DNA of 64,000 nucleotides from Guillardia theta CCMP2712 (GCF_000315625.1 NW_005434673.1:763023-827022); one strand, 5' to 3'. Shown: positions 11,637 through 25,149, counted from the stretch's first letter. Program-made: numbers and translations. The notes: generated by a model not told the origin, from the letters alone.

Positions 11637-13085
11637 CTAGATCTTCTTGTAATTGACGCTCTTCTCCGTCTGCTCGAGGGTCAGTCAACGTGACGAGCGC
11701 AGATTGCAACAACCTTGTGCATCCAAATCTCAAACCTGTGGGCCTCGTTGACTTTGAAGATGTTCAGCCTCTTGTTGACTATCGCGCTCTTGTGCTGCTG
11801 GTACTTCTCGTGCACTATCTCTCCTGCCTTCATCTGGAACGACTGCTCGTTCCTCCCCTCGTAGAACTTCATGATATCGTCTGATTCTTGAACTCGTTCC
11901 ATCTGCATGATCCTGCATGCCTGTCAGGACTACCCCAGCTGATCTCTCCCACCTCGATCGGATGATCTCTCGCTCCTGCTCCTCCGTCGGAGGCAGCCTC
12001 TTGAACACGACCTCGTCGATGTACTTGGAGCCCAGCTCTGGTGGGTGAAGAGGCTGACGTCAGATGCTGAGACTGACACATGTTTGTGTCACCGCTGTCA
12101 AAGACGGATCCCGTGTTCTCTTGGATCTGCTGGATGATGAACTTCTCAACATCCCTCGGCCTCGCTGATCGGGTGTCTTGCAAGATTTTCTTCTTCGTGA
12201 GCTTTGGCAAGGTGTTGAGGATATGCTGCAACTTTGGCTGGAGAACGATCCCGAGGACTTCTATCGGAGCCTTGTGCTTCTCCTTCGACCTCTTGCTCGA
12301 CAGGTCAACGATAGATTGGATCTGCACCAGCACCTCATCATCCTCTCACTCACTCCCCCTACACCCCGAGCCACCTTCGAGTGGGGCATGCGGCGGAGGT
12401 CCGAAGCTCGGATCGTCTTCTCAGCGTCACTGAGGACGATGGGGTCGATCTGCATGGCAAGAGTTCACTGGATCAGCTCACCACAACATCAGCGACACCT
12501 TCTCGTCCCTCATTTTCTCCCATTTCTGTTCGAGCAAAGTCACAAGTCACTAAGGGGCAGCAGTCACATCACATGTCTGTAGTGCTTGTCGATGTATCGT
12601 CCCGCAAGGAGCTTGTCCTCGACTGAGAAAGGGCAGGAGTGAAACCGGATCTCGTCCACCTCCTTGGCTGCTGCTGCTCAGGTAATCTTTCACCGACTGC
12701 TAGTCGAGCCACGAGATACAGCACCAGGAAGCTGCCTGGCGGGCAGAGCACGAAAGTGTGAATCGAGAACAAGAGGACTCTGATGGCTGTCGATGGTGGA
12801 GGTCATCGACGGATCTGATGAGCTGTCGTCGATATCCTGATGCCTTGCGTTCGCCCCTGGTCTTCACGAAGTATCATAGACGGGCACAACAACATCTCTG
12901 GACTTCACCTGAAGATTTCGTTCTTCTGTTGAAGATGAACATCTCCCCAAATCTCATCTCGCTGACTTTCATGGTTTGCAGGCATGTCACCCCCAGCCGC
13001 TCCCTCGAACCATCACTGACCTGTTCAACTCCTGCGTAACTTGTGCTTGTGCTGCCTGACCCGCATCTTGAACCTCCTCCATCAT
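11637..13085 (-). CDS. Multi-exon hypothetical protein
   Basis: A chain of ORF segments separated by ~50-nt GT-AG introns, running from MMEEVQDAG... to ...FEIWMHK/TEKSVNYKKI*. No family recognised. Confidence 0.5.
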
Positions 13086-13507
13086 GGTGGAGTCATTCTG
13101 GCAAAACCCCAACCATCTCAGCTGCACATGTTCAAGTCAGCTGGTGAAGGAATGAGATAGACTCCATACAGTCTTCTACTTCGCTATCCTTTCTCTTCAA
13201 GTCCTCCTTCTACCTGAGAGTCTTCTCCCTCTCCTCCTCTCTACCTTCCCTCCTCCTCTCTACCATCCCTGCCCCTTCTTGTCTCCTCACCAGTTCATCC
13301 ATAGCGCACCCGTAGCAACCTTTGGTCAACTTCCGTCGCCTTGACGCTGTGTACCACAATAGATGGATGACCGAGAATTAGACGCAACCGCGGTAGATGG
13401 ATGACCGGAGAAGATTGGGGGCCACAAAACAGAAGCTGCACGGAAAGCTGCAGAAAGCAGGGAAAATGAAGGAGGGACGCAAGGGTGAAGGGATAATGAA
13501 GACGAAG

Positions 13508-15647
13508 ATGAACATGTTGATGGTGATGGTGATTACCATATTGATACACATTTTGGCTGTAGATGGTATGGTTTGCAGCTCTCAGTCTCCTTTTCTGTCT
13601 TCTTTTCGCTCTGCCTCATCGTGCTGTTTTCTTTCCCCTCTTGCTCCTCTTCGTTTGCATACTGCTGCACTCTCCACCTCCTGGTCTCGTCAAAGCATGG
13701 CTCTTCAAGCAGAAAATGCTTGCTTGAAGAGCCAAAGGAGACAGTCGAGCCAGACTCTCGCGACGTCCATCTTCTCCCCGCGCATTCATTCTCAGTCACA
13801 CGGAAGCAAGGACGTTGCCTTGAGAAACAGTTTGAACGTGGAGGGAGAAAGGCAGGAGAAGGAGGAAGAAAAGGAGGGCTCTTCTTTCTTTGAGAACTTC
13901 AATCTGACAGAGCAAAGCATGTCCAACTTGCGTAGCCGAGGGATCGAAAAGGCATCGAGAGTGCAAGAGCTTTGCTACGCTCCGATCAGAGCAGGGGAGG
14001 ACGTCATAGCAGTATCGCCAACAGGCACTGGGAAGACGCTTGCTTACGCCCTCCCCCTGCTTGACAGTATCCTTGAGGAGCCTCCTGACACTTCGAAGAA
14101 CCCCCGAGTCCTCGTCATTGCTCCTTCACGAGAGCTGGCGAATCAGATCGAACGAGAGTTTCGCAAGACAGGAGGGAAAAACGTGTCGGTGGTGGCGGTG
14201 ACAGGAGGATCGAACATGCATCCTCAAGTTCAGAAGATCAAGGAAGGAGTTGACGTGGTGGTCGGAACACCAGGAAGGATCGTGGACCTTGTCTCCTCTC
14301 GCCAGCTCTCCTGCTCCTCCATAGAAGTACTCGTTCTCGACGAGGCTGATGTGCTGCTTCAGCAAGGGTTCGCCCCAGAGATCGACTCGATCCTAGAGAG
14401 CCTTCCCAGGTTCAGGAGGACGCAGAAGCTCATGTTCGGAGCGACGCTTCCTCCCAAGCTCCTCAGGGTAGCACAGGACGTTTGTCGCAGGCCCGTGATG
14501 ATCGACTCGAGCGGTCTGCACAGGAGCTTGGCGAAGGTGGCGAAGGAGGAAGAGGAGGAGACGAGCGGAATCTCTCATGTGGCTATCCGAGCAGCAGCAG
14601 GCAGCAGGGCGGAAGTCATCACTGACTTGCTCCTCACCTCAGGCCCTCGTCGTGCCATCGTCTTTGCAAACACGAAGCTTGAGGCGGTTGAGCTGGCAAA
14701 CGAGCTGACCAAGTCGAGCACGAGCACCAACGTGGACGTGCTGCACGGCGACCTCCCGCAGTTTCAGCGCAATCGCGTGATGCGCATGCTGAGGGAGGGC
14801 GACGTCTCTGTCCTGGTCGCCACGGACGTGGCTTCTAGAGGCATCGACGTGGCGGATCTGGACCTGGTCGTGCAGTGTGGCGTCCCGCTGTCAGCGTCAG
14901 GGGCGATGAGGAGGAAGACGAAGACGCTGGCGGAGGTGGTCAACACAGAAGTCTTCGTGCATCGGAGCGGACGAACGGGAAGGATGGGGAGGAGCGGCAC
15001 TAGCGTCCTGCTGTGGGACCCGACCGCGGGGGAGGAGAAACTTGTGCAGGCGCTGGAGAGGAGTGCCAAGGTGAAGTTCGACTACCGAGATGCTCCGGGC
15101 CCCGAGGAGAAGATGTCTGCCATGAGCCGCAGGACGAGGAGGAGGATGGAAGAGGTGGACGAAGCAGTCGTGCGGCTGTTCATGAAGGAGGCAGAAAGTC
15201 TTTATGAGAGCTCAGGGCTCTCCGCGCTCGCTCGCGCTCTTGCCCTGGTCAACGGCGTGACTTCCCCCCCTTCACCAAGATCCTTGCTGGACAATCGAAG
15301 AGACTTCTTGACCGTCAAGGTCCTCCTGCTTGCCCTTCCTCGCTCCTCCTCGTCCTCCTCGTACTCCTCGTGCTGTTGCTCTTGCTCTTGCTCTTGCTGT
15401 TGATACTCGTCCTCTTGCTACTGCTCTCGCTACTGCATCCACTTCTCCTCTTGGTGCTACTCCGCTCCTTTGCTCATTCCTTGCGATCATTCGTCAGCGG
15501 TGTATACTAATTGCTCCTCTCAAACTTCACGCTTGCGGCCGCTGCTCTTGTTCTCCCATTGCCGTCCTCTTATCGCACGCTCAGGCAACTCCCAAGAAGA
15601 ATGCCGATGGCTCATCTCGCAAACTGCTGCCGTCTTCCGTGCTCAAG
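13508..15647 (+). CDS. DEAD-box RNA helicase, DDX21/RH3/RH7-like, with N-terminal signal + transit-like peptide; 3' end lost in microsatellite and gap
   Basis: Q motif, SPTGTGKT, APSRELA, GTPGR, VLDEAD, GAT (motif III), LHGD, ATDVASRGID, HRSGRTGR. The C-terminal LARALALVNG..RSLL segment is typical of the region just before a GUCT domain. Confidence 0.9.
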
Positions 15648-15754
15648 GTAGGGGAGAAGAGAGGGAGAGAGGGGGAGAAGGTAGAGGAGGGCAGAGGAAG
15701 TTGAGTGGGGAGAGAAGGGGGAGAGAAGGCAGGAGGGAGGGAGGGAGGGAGGAA

Positions 15755-15873
15755 GGAGAGGAGAGGAGAGGAGAGGAGAGGAGAGGAGAGGAGAGGAGAG
15801 GAGAGGAGAGGAGAGGAGAGGAGAGGAGAGGAGAGGAGAGGAGAGGAGAGGAGAGGAGAGGAGAGGAGGAGAG
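15755..15873 (+). repeat. (GGAGA)n microsatellite abutting the gap
   Basis: Perfect pentanucleotide array. Confidence 0.95.
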
Positions 15874-15973
15874 NNNNNNNNNNNNNNNNNNNNNNNNNNN
15901 NNNNNNNNNNNNNNNNNNNNNNNNNNNNNNNNNNNNNNNNNNNNNNNNNNNNNNNNNNNNNNNNNNNNNNNNN
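15874..15973. other. Assembly gap (100 N)
   Basis: Run of exactly 100 n, flanked by two different microsatellites. Confidence 1.
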
Positions 15974-16001
15974 GATGATGATGATGATGATGATGATGGA
16001 T

Positions 16002-16033
<32 letters not shown>

Positions 16034-16037
16034 AATT

Positions 16038-16080
<43 letters not shown>
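15974..16080 (+). repeat. (GAT)n microsatellite
   Basis: Near-perfect trinucleotide array. Confidence 0.95.
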
Positions 16081-16081
<1 letters not shown>

Positions 16082-16316
16082 GTAGGAGGATCACCGTGTT
16101 GTTGTTGATGATGATGATCACCGTGTTGATGATGATGGGAGGATGGGGGCGGATGTTGCGGACGAGGGGAGGGTGGAATTGATATACTGTGTTGTTGATC
16201 ATGGAAGCAAGGATAACGATGACGCTTACTTCGATCAGGACGAAGACATCGATTGTTTCACCATCATTGATAGTCTGGAGCATCAAAATGTGGTGTGACA
16301 TCTATTTTCATTCCTC

Positions 16317-17137
16317 TTATGCTGTTCTCTCTGCCTGAACTTGCCTGATATTCCCCTTCCACTTCTCCCCTCCCCTCCCCTCTTTCTTCACCTGCAGTAG
16401 ACTTATGCAATCGTGCATTCTATTTATGCGATCGGATTAATTTCACTAAAGAACATCATCATCAATCAGCTTTCCCTTGATATTGTTTAAACCCTGGCTC
16501 CTGCCAGCACATTCACCGAGTTATGTGAAGATTCTCCTCCTCTCCCTCCTCTCCCTCCCTCTCGTCCTCTCATCGATCTTACCGTATGCCGCCTTCTCTT
16601 CTGGAAGTATTGTCCGGATCCATCTGACACCCGTCAGCTCTTCTCTCCTCCCCATGCTCCTCACCTTGACCGCTGGCCTTGTGCGACTCCTCTTGCCGCG
16701 TGCTCATCTCCTCCGACAGACAAGCGAAGGCGCTGAGAGGAAGAAGAGGACTCAGTCAGGGGAGAGGAGAGAAGACAAGGGGAGAAGAAGCAGTCGAAAA
16801 AGAGGAGCAGAGGAGAAGGGAAGCAACCAATATCGACAGGAGCAGAGAATGAGAGAAGAGAATGAGGGAGGAGAGGAGAGGAGAGGAGAGTAGGGGAGAG
16901 TATGAGAGAGTAGGGGACAGGACATGCGAATCATGATGCAAAGAAAAGTTTCAACCGATGGAACGAGAGAGGGAATTTCACATGAATGCAGAGATCATCC
17001 CAGTCAATTCTGCTCAAGTCTCTTCACCTGATAATTTTGCTTTCTTCCTTGGATGACTTCAAGTCGATCTTCTTGACGACACATTCCTTCCCTCCCTCCA
17101 CTCGAAATGCCTCCAGCTTGCTGCAAACCAACATGAG

Positions 17138-17194
<57 letters not shown>

Positions 17195-17420
17195 AAGAGA
17201 GGAGGGGAGGAGCTGAAGGTGCAGGAGGAGGAAGAAGTCGAGAGAAGGAGGAGCAACTCACGGTCTATCATCAAGAACAGCTACGAGCATGAAGCATTCC
17301 GCCTTCCCCTCATGCTCAACGTCATCTATCTCGATTCCCACGGGCATCTGGTCGACTTCTACTCTGTTCAGCTCCTTGAGCTCCTGCAAGCGTGTGAGGA
17401 AGCGGGGGCGGGAGAGTACA

Positions 17421-17455
<35 letters not shown>

Positions 17456-18751
17456 GGGAAAGAACAGAAGGGGTAGGAAGAAGAGCAAGAGGGGGAGGGG
17501 GAGATGGAGGGGAGGGGAGGAGAGGAGAGGAGAGGAAAGGAGAAGGGACGGGACGGGACGGGACGGGAGAGAGAACCTTTCCGCTGACTTGGAGGAGGAG
17601 CACTTCCCTTTGATTCTCTATGATACAAGCAGCAAGCGAGAGTCGAGGGCAGTACGCCAGGGCCACCACCGCAGGACTGTTCGTCCTCCTCCTCATTCTC
17701 CCCGAAACAGCAGCCGTAGCCTGCGCTGTTCCAGCAGCGAACCGATCCCACGTCTTGGGCTCCTCTGCTAGAGGCTGAGAGTCTGCTTGCTGCCCATCCT
17801 CCCCCTCCTCCTCCTCCCCCGCAGGGTCAATCATGTAAGTGTCGAGCAGACTGCCGTCCTTCACAGACCACAGGCGCACGGAGCCATCGGCTCCTCCTGA
17901 GAGGAGCAGCTCCTCTTCTGCTAGCGTGAAGGTCTCGATGCAGGTGACGAGCTCCGTATGCCCGAGGCAGAAGGCCTCGATCTCGAACGCGTGGGGGAAG
18001 TTGCTGATCCTGACCTTCTCGTCCCTGTCCGAGGTGAGGAGGCGGGAGCCGGAGGGAGAGATGCGCATGTCGGTCAGGGAGGAGATGTGCCCCAGCAGGT
18101 GCTCAGCCTTGCTGTCAAGGTCGTCGATCGGCTTCTGGAAGACTTCTCCCGCTATCTCAGCAAACACGACTCGTCTCCTCTCCTCGTCCAGGACAACCGA
18201 CACGACCTTCTTGTCCGTCACTGTCTTGCTCGCTACCTTCATCTCCGGAAGCTGCCACACGACCAGCCGCTTGTCGTTCCCCCCCGACACCATCACCTCC
18301 TTGTCCTTCCCCACCGTCACGCTCGTCACCCTCTCCGTGTGGCTCTGCTCGAGCTCCATGAGCGATCCGGTCGAGCAGTCGGCAACCAGCATCGTCTTCA
18401 ACCCTCCGTAGATCAGCAGCGTCTTGTCCTTACAGTGAGCAAACTTGATCAACCTCTTGATGGCCAGAGCGGAGACGCCATGGCAGTTGTCTTGCCAGCT
18501 GCACGCAAGGGATCTCAGCGCTACCCCACATCCGAGGTTCTCCTCACCTTGACTGCTCATCCTTGCTTCCTTCTTTGCTCTTGGCAGCATCTGAATCATG
18601 AGCATCAAGAGAAGTTCAGATGGCAGTGGGTGGAAGGAAAAGTAGTAAGTGACGATGAAAGGTGAAAGGCTGACAGGTAAGGGAACACACAGCATAGCAG
18701 AGAAGTCTCTGACTGCTGGACAAGACAACATGGAGCTCACAGAGGAGAGGC

Positions 18752-18798
<47 letters not shown>

Positions 18799-18951
18799 CA
18801 TCATACCCTGTGAATCCGACATGTCCGGCACGAGGCTTATCATACAAGACGGGCCAACCCCTACCTGTCGTGGTTTTACAAGAAAAACAAAAAGAGCCTC
18901 CCCGATGGCAATGTGGCGATGGTTTGTTACTTGATGCCGGGAGGGCGCCAT
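16317..18951 (-). CDS. TRM82: tRNA (guanine-N7) methyltransferase non-catalytic WD40 subunit WDR4/Trm82
   Basis: Signature LLGHISSLTDM..LLTSDRDEKVRIS.FP...EIEAFCLGHTELVT and LLSGGADGSVRLW. Further small exons run down to about 16317. Start codon uncertain (between 18560 and 18951). Confidence 0.85.
17137..17192 (+). repeat. (GAAAGT)n intronic microsatellite
   Basis: About 9 perfect hexamer copies. Confidence 0.9.
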
Positions 18952-19010
18952 GGCGTGACGAGAGCGAGATGTGAGAGACGAGGACAAGATGTCCATGACA
19001 TGACAGGACG

Positions 19011-22000
19011 ATGACGATGGGTCTCGGACATGATCGCTCTTCTGCTCGAAGGTATCCACTCCGTGCGGAATGTTTTCTGCTAGCAGCCCACCTCTTGCAG
19101 GTAAAGGGTTACTTTGTACCTTGCGAACCACTGAGTTCCATCAGTTGGACATGGCAGCAGCCTTCGCCGAGATGTTCAGTCCCACCATACTGGCTGTGAA
19201 CCATCCAGCGATACCTCACCAAGTCTGCGATGGCTGCCCGAGAATCCGTGTAGCAAGCGTTGGAACCCAGCATTGCCTTCAAGACATCTTAGAGCCTGAG
19301 AGAGGAACTGTGATGTGTGAGGTTGAGGTCCGTCTCGACATCTCGCGCGACATGTCGGCATACCCGAATGTGTCCATACTCGGATCAGCCGACGGGCGCG
19401 GAGTGGAGATGGCAAATTGCAAGGAGCATTCCTGCAGGTTTTGCAGCAGGAGGTCTAACTTGCCACAGCTGGTGCTGTAGGCTGACTCCTGTGCAGACTG
19501 AGCTCTGGCAAGCAGCATCTCTTCAGGTTTCAGATGGTTGAGGCCTCCAGCATGAGGGCGATAACCTCCCCGGAGATCCTGTCCCTCGTCCTCCTACCTC
19601 ACTGCCATGAGGACGGTCTGTGCGACGTTGGGATCACGGTCCTTCCTCCGCGGATATTCCACGGGAGCAGACAGAAGATCCCGCACTCTTGCGCGCTCCT
19701 GATGACTCCTGACCAGCTGAGCGAGGTCGAGCATCGCGCTGTGAGCTGTGAGGGGAGGGGGAGGATGGGTAGGAATTTTCTGGATGCCTCTTGGTCGGAA
19801 CTGACTCATTGCTTCCTGACAGTCGATCGGTTCTCCAGGTTTGCATCGGAGTCGGAGTCGGAGTTCTGGATGCAGAGATTTCACCCTCCGACGTTTCTAG
19901 ATGACACGGGATTCAATCAAAATGTACGCGTGCAAGTTAGCCTAGCGCTCATTGATTGAACTTTTCTCGCTTTCAGCAGCAGCAGGATAAGCATGTCTTT
20001 GTTGGAGGTCTCGGTTGGATAGATATCTCGTGGCCTCAGGTAAGCTACAGTGTTATGCTCCCTCACTCATGCTCGTGTGTGTAGAATGCTTCTGGCACCC
20101 TCAACAAGCCGTTCTTCTACAAAGTCGTCCCAATCAGCTATGCAGCCTATCCCGGTATGTTGACATACATGACCTCCGAGACTGCTTCTTACTGTGCCGA
20201 TGGATCAGAGTACATCCGCGATGATCCTTTGCCCAAGGTCAACCAGCCTGTTGAGTCAGCTTCTCACTGACCGACCTGACTTAGATCTATGACTTCGCGC
20301 CCTACAAGCCTGGATCCAACACCATGTACCGCTCCCACAGGATGTACAACGCTCTAGACGAGGCAGGCAAGTCATCTGACCGTCGGGGGGCCTGCAGTGA
20401 GAAACTGGGACAGACTACTTCGATGATTACAGCAGAAGTTACTTCGCCATCACCAGGAGAAAGGCGATATCCTCGTCGTTATTGCGATCGTTGCAGCTAT
20501 TTATGGTAGCACTACAGGCCGGCTGGGATTGCATGAGGCATTACGAGATTCTGGCTGCGGGAGCCATCCCTTATTTTTTCAACTTGACGTCTCTTCCTCG
20601 GCAAGCAGTGACGATCCTTTGCCGGACATGACGTGTCCTGGAGCAGGCAGACGATGATGACCTTCCCACGAGGGCTCGTGATTGAAGCCATGGGCATGAA
20701 GGTGCTGTAGGTTTCAATTCTGATCATTTTCGTGAGGCTGTAGTGTGCTCCTTGTAGGGCGTGACGGTGATCAAAGATGGAGACCATGTGGTGGAGACGA
20801 GAATAGATCATTCCGTCTTCAATCACTCTCATTACTTCATACTCCTCCACCAGCTGCAGGTAATGAACTCAAGACCACTAGCGAGCTCAACACCCCTGTC
20901 TTTGCAGGACTTCACAAAGAAGCATCTTTCCACTATCGCTCTCGCAAAGGTGGGGGAGGCAACGGGTCGATAACCTTCAAAACCTCTCCAACAGTCATTG
21001 CAGAGATTCTTGAAGATGATGAACGTGACTGACCTTGGAGCTGTAAAAGTCTTGTACATAGTCTATCCAGGTCTCCTTGGTCTTCCTGACTGTGCTGTAC
21101 TCGGTAACTTGGGGATTTGAAGGTGCCTGGCCGCCTGATGGCACCTTTGACGAAGGAGGGAATCTACGTGGTTTGTCCGAGCGTTGAGGGACGTCACTGA
21201 ATCGTCTGATCGTCGGGTGGCAGACATGCTATTTCATGGCCTCCGCAGTCTCCTTGGACCTTCTCTCGTTGACCCTGTGATCCTCCTATCCCTTGCGCCC
21301 TCTCCCGCTGACTCGTTTCCCTCAAGATCAGGTTGGACCACATGTACGATGACTGGTTCCCAGGTACTATCCTCCTTCCCTCCTCCCCTACCTCTCCCCC
21401 AGCTTCCTCGCTCTGTTCCTTGCTGTGGCTGCCAGGTTTATCTCTATCATCAGCCCAGGGGCAGATGCCGCTGCAGGACTGGGAGTTGACAGAGAAGGTC
21501 GTTCGTGACGGCCTGCATGCCTGGTAGCTCTGTCTCCGGCCCTTGTCTCGCTCACTGCGACGTCAGGGGTTACTTTCATGCCGGACACCTGCCAGCGTAC
21601 GAGGTGCATGGGGGGATCGTGCGAGAGGTCAGAGGCTGATGAGCGAGGTCAGGAGATCGATCGCGGGGACATCGAGGAGCGCCTGCGCGCAAAGGAGTTC
21701 GATCTAGTCGTCGTCGGAAGCATCTGCCATGACATGGTGGTAGGGCTCCATTGTCCCCTCCCTTGTGCAACCACGCCGATTGAGCGCCTCCTTCCTGCCA
21801 GGCCCGAAGAGACCTGGAGGGGGTGAATGTGGACATTCCAGACGAGTTTCCTTACTGGGAAACCATCAAGGAAGTCTACCAGCCCAACCAGGTCGGCGAA
21901 TCCCTTGCAGCCCGGCTAAAAGAGACTGACCGTTGGCTTGTCAAGGTCGCGTTAGTAGATGGAGATGACTGGGGTTCGGTCCCCTGCGCCCGGTGGACCT

Positions 22001-22083
22001 GCTTCTGCTCATGTTTGCGTCGGTACGGGCCCCATGGCGTCTATTTCTGGAGGGAGATGCACGATGAGATAATATGCGGATAA
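19011..22083 (+). CDS. Multi-exon glycosyltransferase-like protein (GWDC-RHYEI family)
   Basis: Spliced motif DEADYFDDYSRSYFAITRRKAGWDCMRHYEILAAGAIPYF. C-terminal DMLFHGLRSLLG..FDLVVVGS..VALVDGDD..GVYFWREM. TAA at 22083; start uncertain. Confidence 0.6.
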
Positions 22084-22627
22084 ACCAGTAAAGCTCCGAG
22101 TTCTGTCTGTCATTCCAACTCAGTTTGCGCGAGCCGATCTGACCATCGGAGTCCGGGGGAGGGCCCGGCCGGGCCGGCGCTGAGAGTCTCACGCGGCGAC
22201 CCGGCCGTCAGTGACTGTATGATTATTAGGTTATGAGCCGCATTTATTCGTTTTGACCGTTTCGGTGCCAAGTTAGTTATTATCAAAATGTAACGGTTTA
22301 TAACGGGCAGTGTAGGGGTGGTCCTCCACGTGTGTCTGAGCGGACGCAACTTGCTGGGAACGAACCCCTTGAAATTCTATCATAATATATCACTTACTTT
22401 GTAACTAAATATTTATTACTGAAAAATTTGTACAAAAGTTTACCTATTTATTTTCAATGGGGTAACAGTACCAGGACAGGCCATACATAAAGGGACGCCA
22501 CCCTACCCACTATTTCACCTTCATTTTACCCCTGTCCACTTACAGAAATAACCCACCTTGGAGCCGAGCCGCGAAATCGTGGTAAATGGAGGGTAGTGGT
22601 AGAGGGGGGCCAGGGCCTGCAAGCACC

Positions 22628-24003
22628 ATGGGCAAGGTAGGAGGATGACCCCTGCAGCACCTCCTCGATTCCTCTCACTCGTCCTCCCCTTCTCATCATT
22701 CTGATCCATCAGTATCAGTATCAGTATCTTTCCTCTTCTCTTCCATTCTCATTCGTTTTCTTCTCATCTCTCTTATTTTTCAATTCATATCATAACACGT
22801 CCTCTCCCTCGCTCATCTCTTCTTCCCCTCTCTCCATCCATTCATCTCTGTTTTCATATTGCTTGATTGAATCAAAAAATATTCTCTCTCTGTCTCTGTG
22901 CCTGCTGTGTTTATGTTATTTCTTCATGGTGGTGTGTAGATCAATCGATGGGACAACATGACTTCTTCAGGATGTGTTCCTCAAAGCTTTGCCCCTCTGA
23001 TTTCCCACTCTTTCCCAACAACTACATGTCTCATGTGCTACTTTTCTTTCTCTCCACGGTCAATATCGGCTCGAGCTATCCAGCATATCAACATCCTCCT
23101 CGTCTTTGTCTCTCTGACTTGATGTCCAGATCCACACACTCGTCCTGATTCGCCACGGTGAGAGCCAGTGGAACATCGAGAACCGTTTTACCGGATGGGT
23201 CGACGTCCCTCTCGCTCCCTCGGGAGTCGCGGAGTCCCACAGGGCGGCGCAGTCCATCAAGGAGGAGGGGCTCGAGTTCGACCTGGTCTACACCTCCACC
23301 CTGAAGCGTGCCATCAAGACCGCATGGAACATCCTCGAGGACCTCGACATTATGCACACCCCCGTGCACCATGACTGGCGCCTCAACGAGAGAATGTACG
23401 GTGCTCTGCAGGGGCTCGACAAGACCGAGACCGTGGAGAAGCACGGGATGGATCAGGTAGAGCAGCTCCATCCTCCTCCTCTATCGCCTGACATGGGGGA
23501 CCCAGGTTCTCATCTGGCGCAGATCCTACGCTACTCCTCCTCCTCCCATGCCTGCTGATCACGAGTTCCATCCTCGCAAGGAGAAGAAGTACGACTTCCT
23601 GTCCGATGCAGAGCTGCCGGTCACGGAGTCTCTCGCTTGCGTCGTGAAGCGCTTCATGCCTTTGTGGAACGACACGCTGATGCCGATCATTAAGTCTGGC
23701 AAGAAGCTCCTGATCTCTGCCCACGGCAACACCCTCAGAGCCCTTGTCAAGCATCTCGACAACATCCCTGAGGTGAAACTTGCACATCACATCTCACTCT
23801 TCTCGTCGTCGTATCTTGCGTCGTTGTCTTCTTTGTCCTCTTGCCCTCTGACATGCTGTGCCAGGATGTGATCGCAAACTTGAACATTCCGACCTCTGTA
23901 CCTCTCGTCTACCACCTCGAGGAGACTGATGATGGAGATCTCAAGCCCGTCAAGGTCTGCAGCTCCTGCTCCTGCTCCTGCTCCAGCTCCAGCTCCTGCT
24001 CCA

Positions 24004-24044
<41 letters not shown>

Positions 24045-24226
24045 AGCTCCAGCTCCTGCACTCCATCTCTTCTTCCTCTCTTCCTTTCTTCCTTTCTACT
24101 TTTCCATGTCTCACGTGGGGACAGATCGAGGGAGCTTTCGCTCCTATGTCGGGCAAGTACCTCGGAGACCAGGAGGCGATCAAGGCCGCTATCGCTGGAG
24201 TTGCGAATCAGGCGGGCAAGAAGTAG
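22628..24226 (+). CDS. gpmA: 2,3-bisphosphoglycerate-dependent phosphoglycerate mutase
   Basis: MGK|[62 protein letters not shown]. Five exons, including a 3-codon first exon and a 493-nt first intron. Confidence 0.95.
23961..24060 (+). repeat. (CTCCTG/CTCCAG)n intronic microsatellite; the same unit occurs as (GGAGCA)n at 18752-18798 and 25151-25245
   Basis: Hexamer arrays inside introns. Confidence 0.9.
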
Positions 24227-24408
24227 AGGAGCGAACGATCGTCTCCTTGCCCACGTGGAAAGTTTTCTCTCAGAAAGTTTTCTGTGTTTCTCTTTTTTCT
24301 TCTTATTCAATCACGATCAATCAACTCGCGTCCCCCGACTTCCTTCCCGCACCTCCACCCTCTAAGAAAGTTTCTCCTGCTCCAACCGAACATGCCCGTT
24401 GGTGACGG

Positions 24409-25149
24409 TCAGGGCACAAGGTAGTTGCTGCCTGTTAGGAACCCGTTGCGGACTCTCTCCTCAACGATGGTCTCTGTGAATGTGCTCCTCCGTGTTCCGA
24501 TGAACACAACCCCCTTGCCCATCACGTTAGTCTCCTCCTCCCCCATCCCCCCCCCTCCTCCTCGTCCTCTCCTTCCTTCTCCGTTCGTACCTTGGCGCAA
24601 ACCAGCTGCTCCAAGATGGCATTCAAGATCGAGTCCTCCCGCTCCCCGGCGGTTTCCTGCTCCTGCTTTCTCTTACTGGCATGCTGCAGACTCTCATGTC
24701 TCACCTCCTCCTCTCCCGTCGCCACCAGCTCTGGCGCCTCCTCTTCGATCAGCCGCCTCGTCACGGAGCGCATCCTACTTGTCTGTCAGCTCCCATACAG
24801 CTGATGATCTCCTCACCCATCTCCGAAGTCCAGCAGCGGGAGCTTCTCTGCAACCAGCTCCCGCTGCTCCTCCGTGGCATCGGAAGCGAGGAACAAGCCG
24901 CTGAGCCGGAGGGTCAAGGAGAAGCTGAAGGAAGGAGGGGAAGGCGCGCACCGCACGAGACCTCTTCCCTCCTGTGCTTGGCTGTGGAATGCTGCGGGGG
25001 ATGTCAGAGAAGGGGAGCGGCAGGAGCAACATTCACAGATATTCTCCTCCTCCATCACAAGAGTGACGGCAGTGACGAGAGCCTACGACTAGGGTGACGA
25101 CAAGAATGTGGAGATTACAACAGAGGCAGGACGAACAACAGGAGTAGGT

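Noticed and set aside
15470-16301. Poly-His, poly-Asp, poly-Met and ERRGE ORFs
   Set aside because: These are translations of microsatellites across a 100-N gap.
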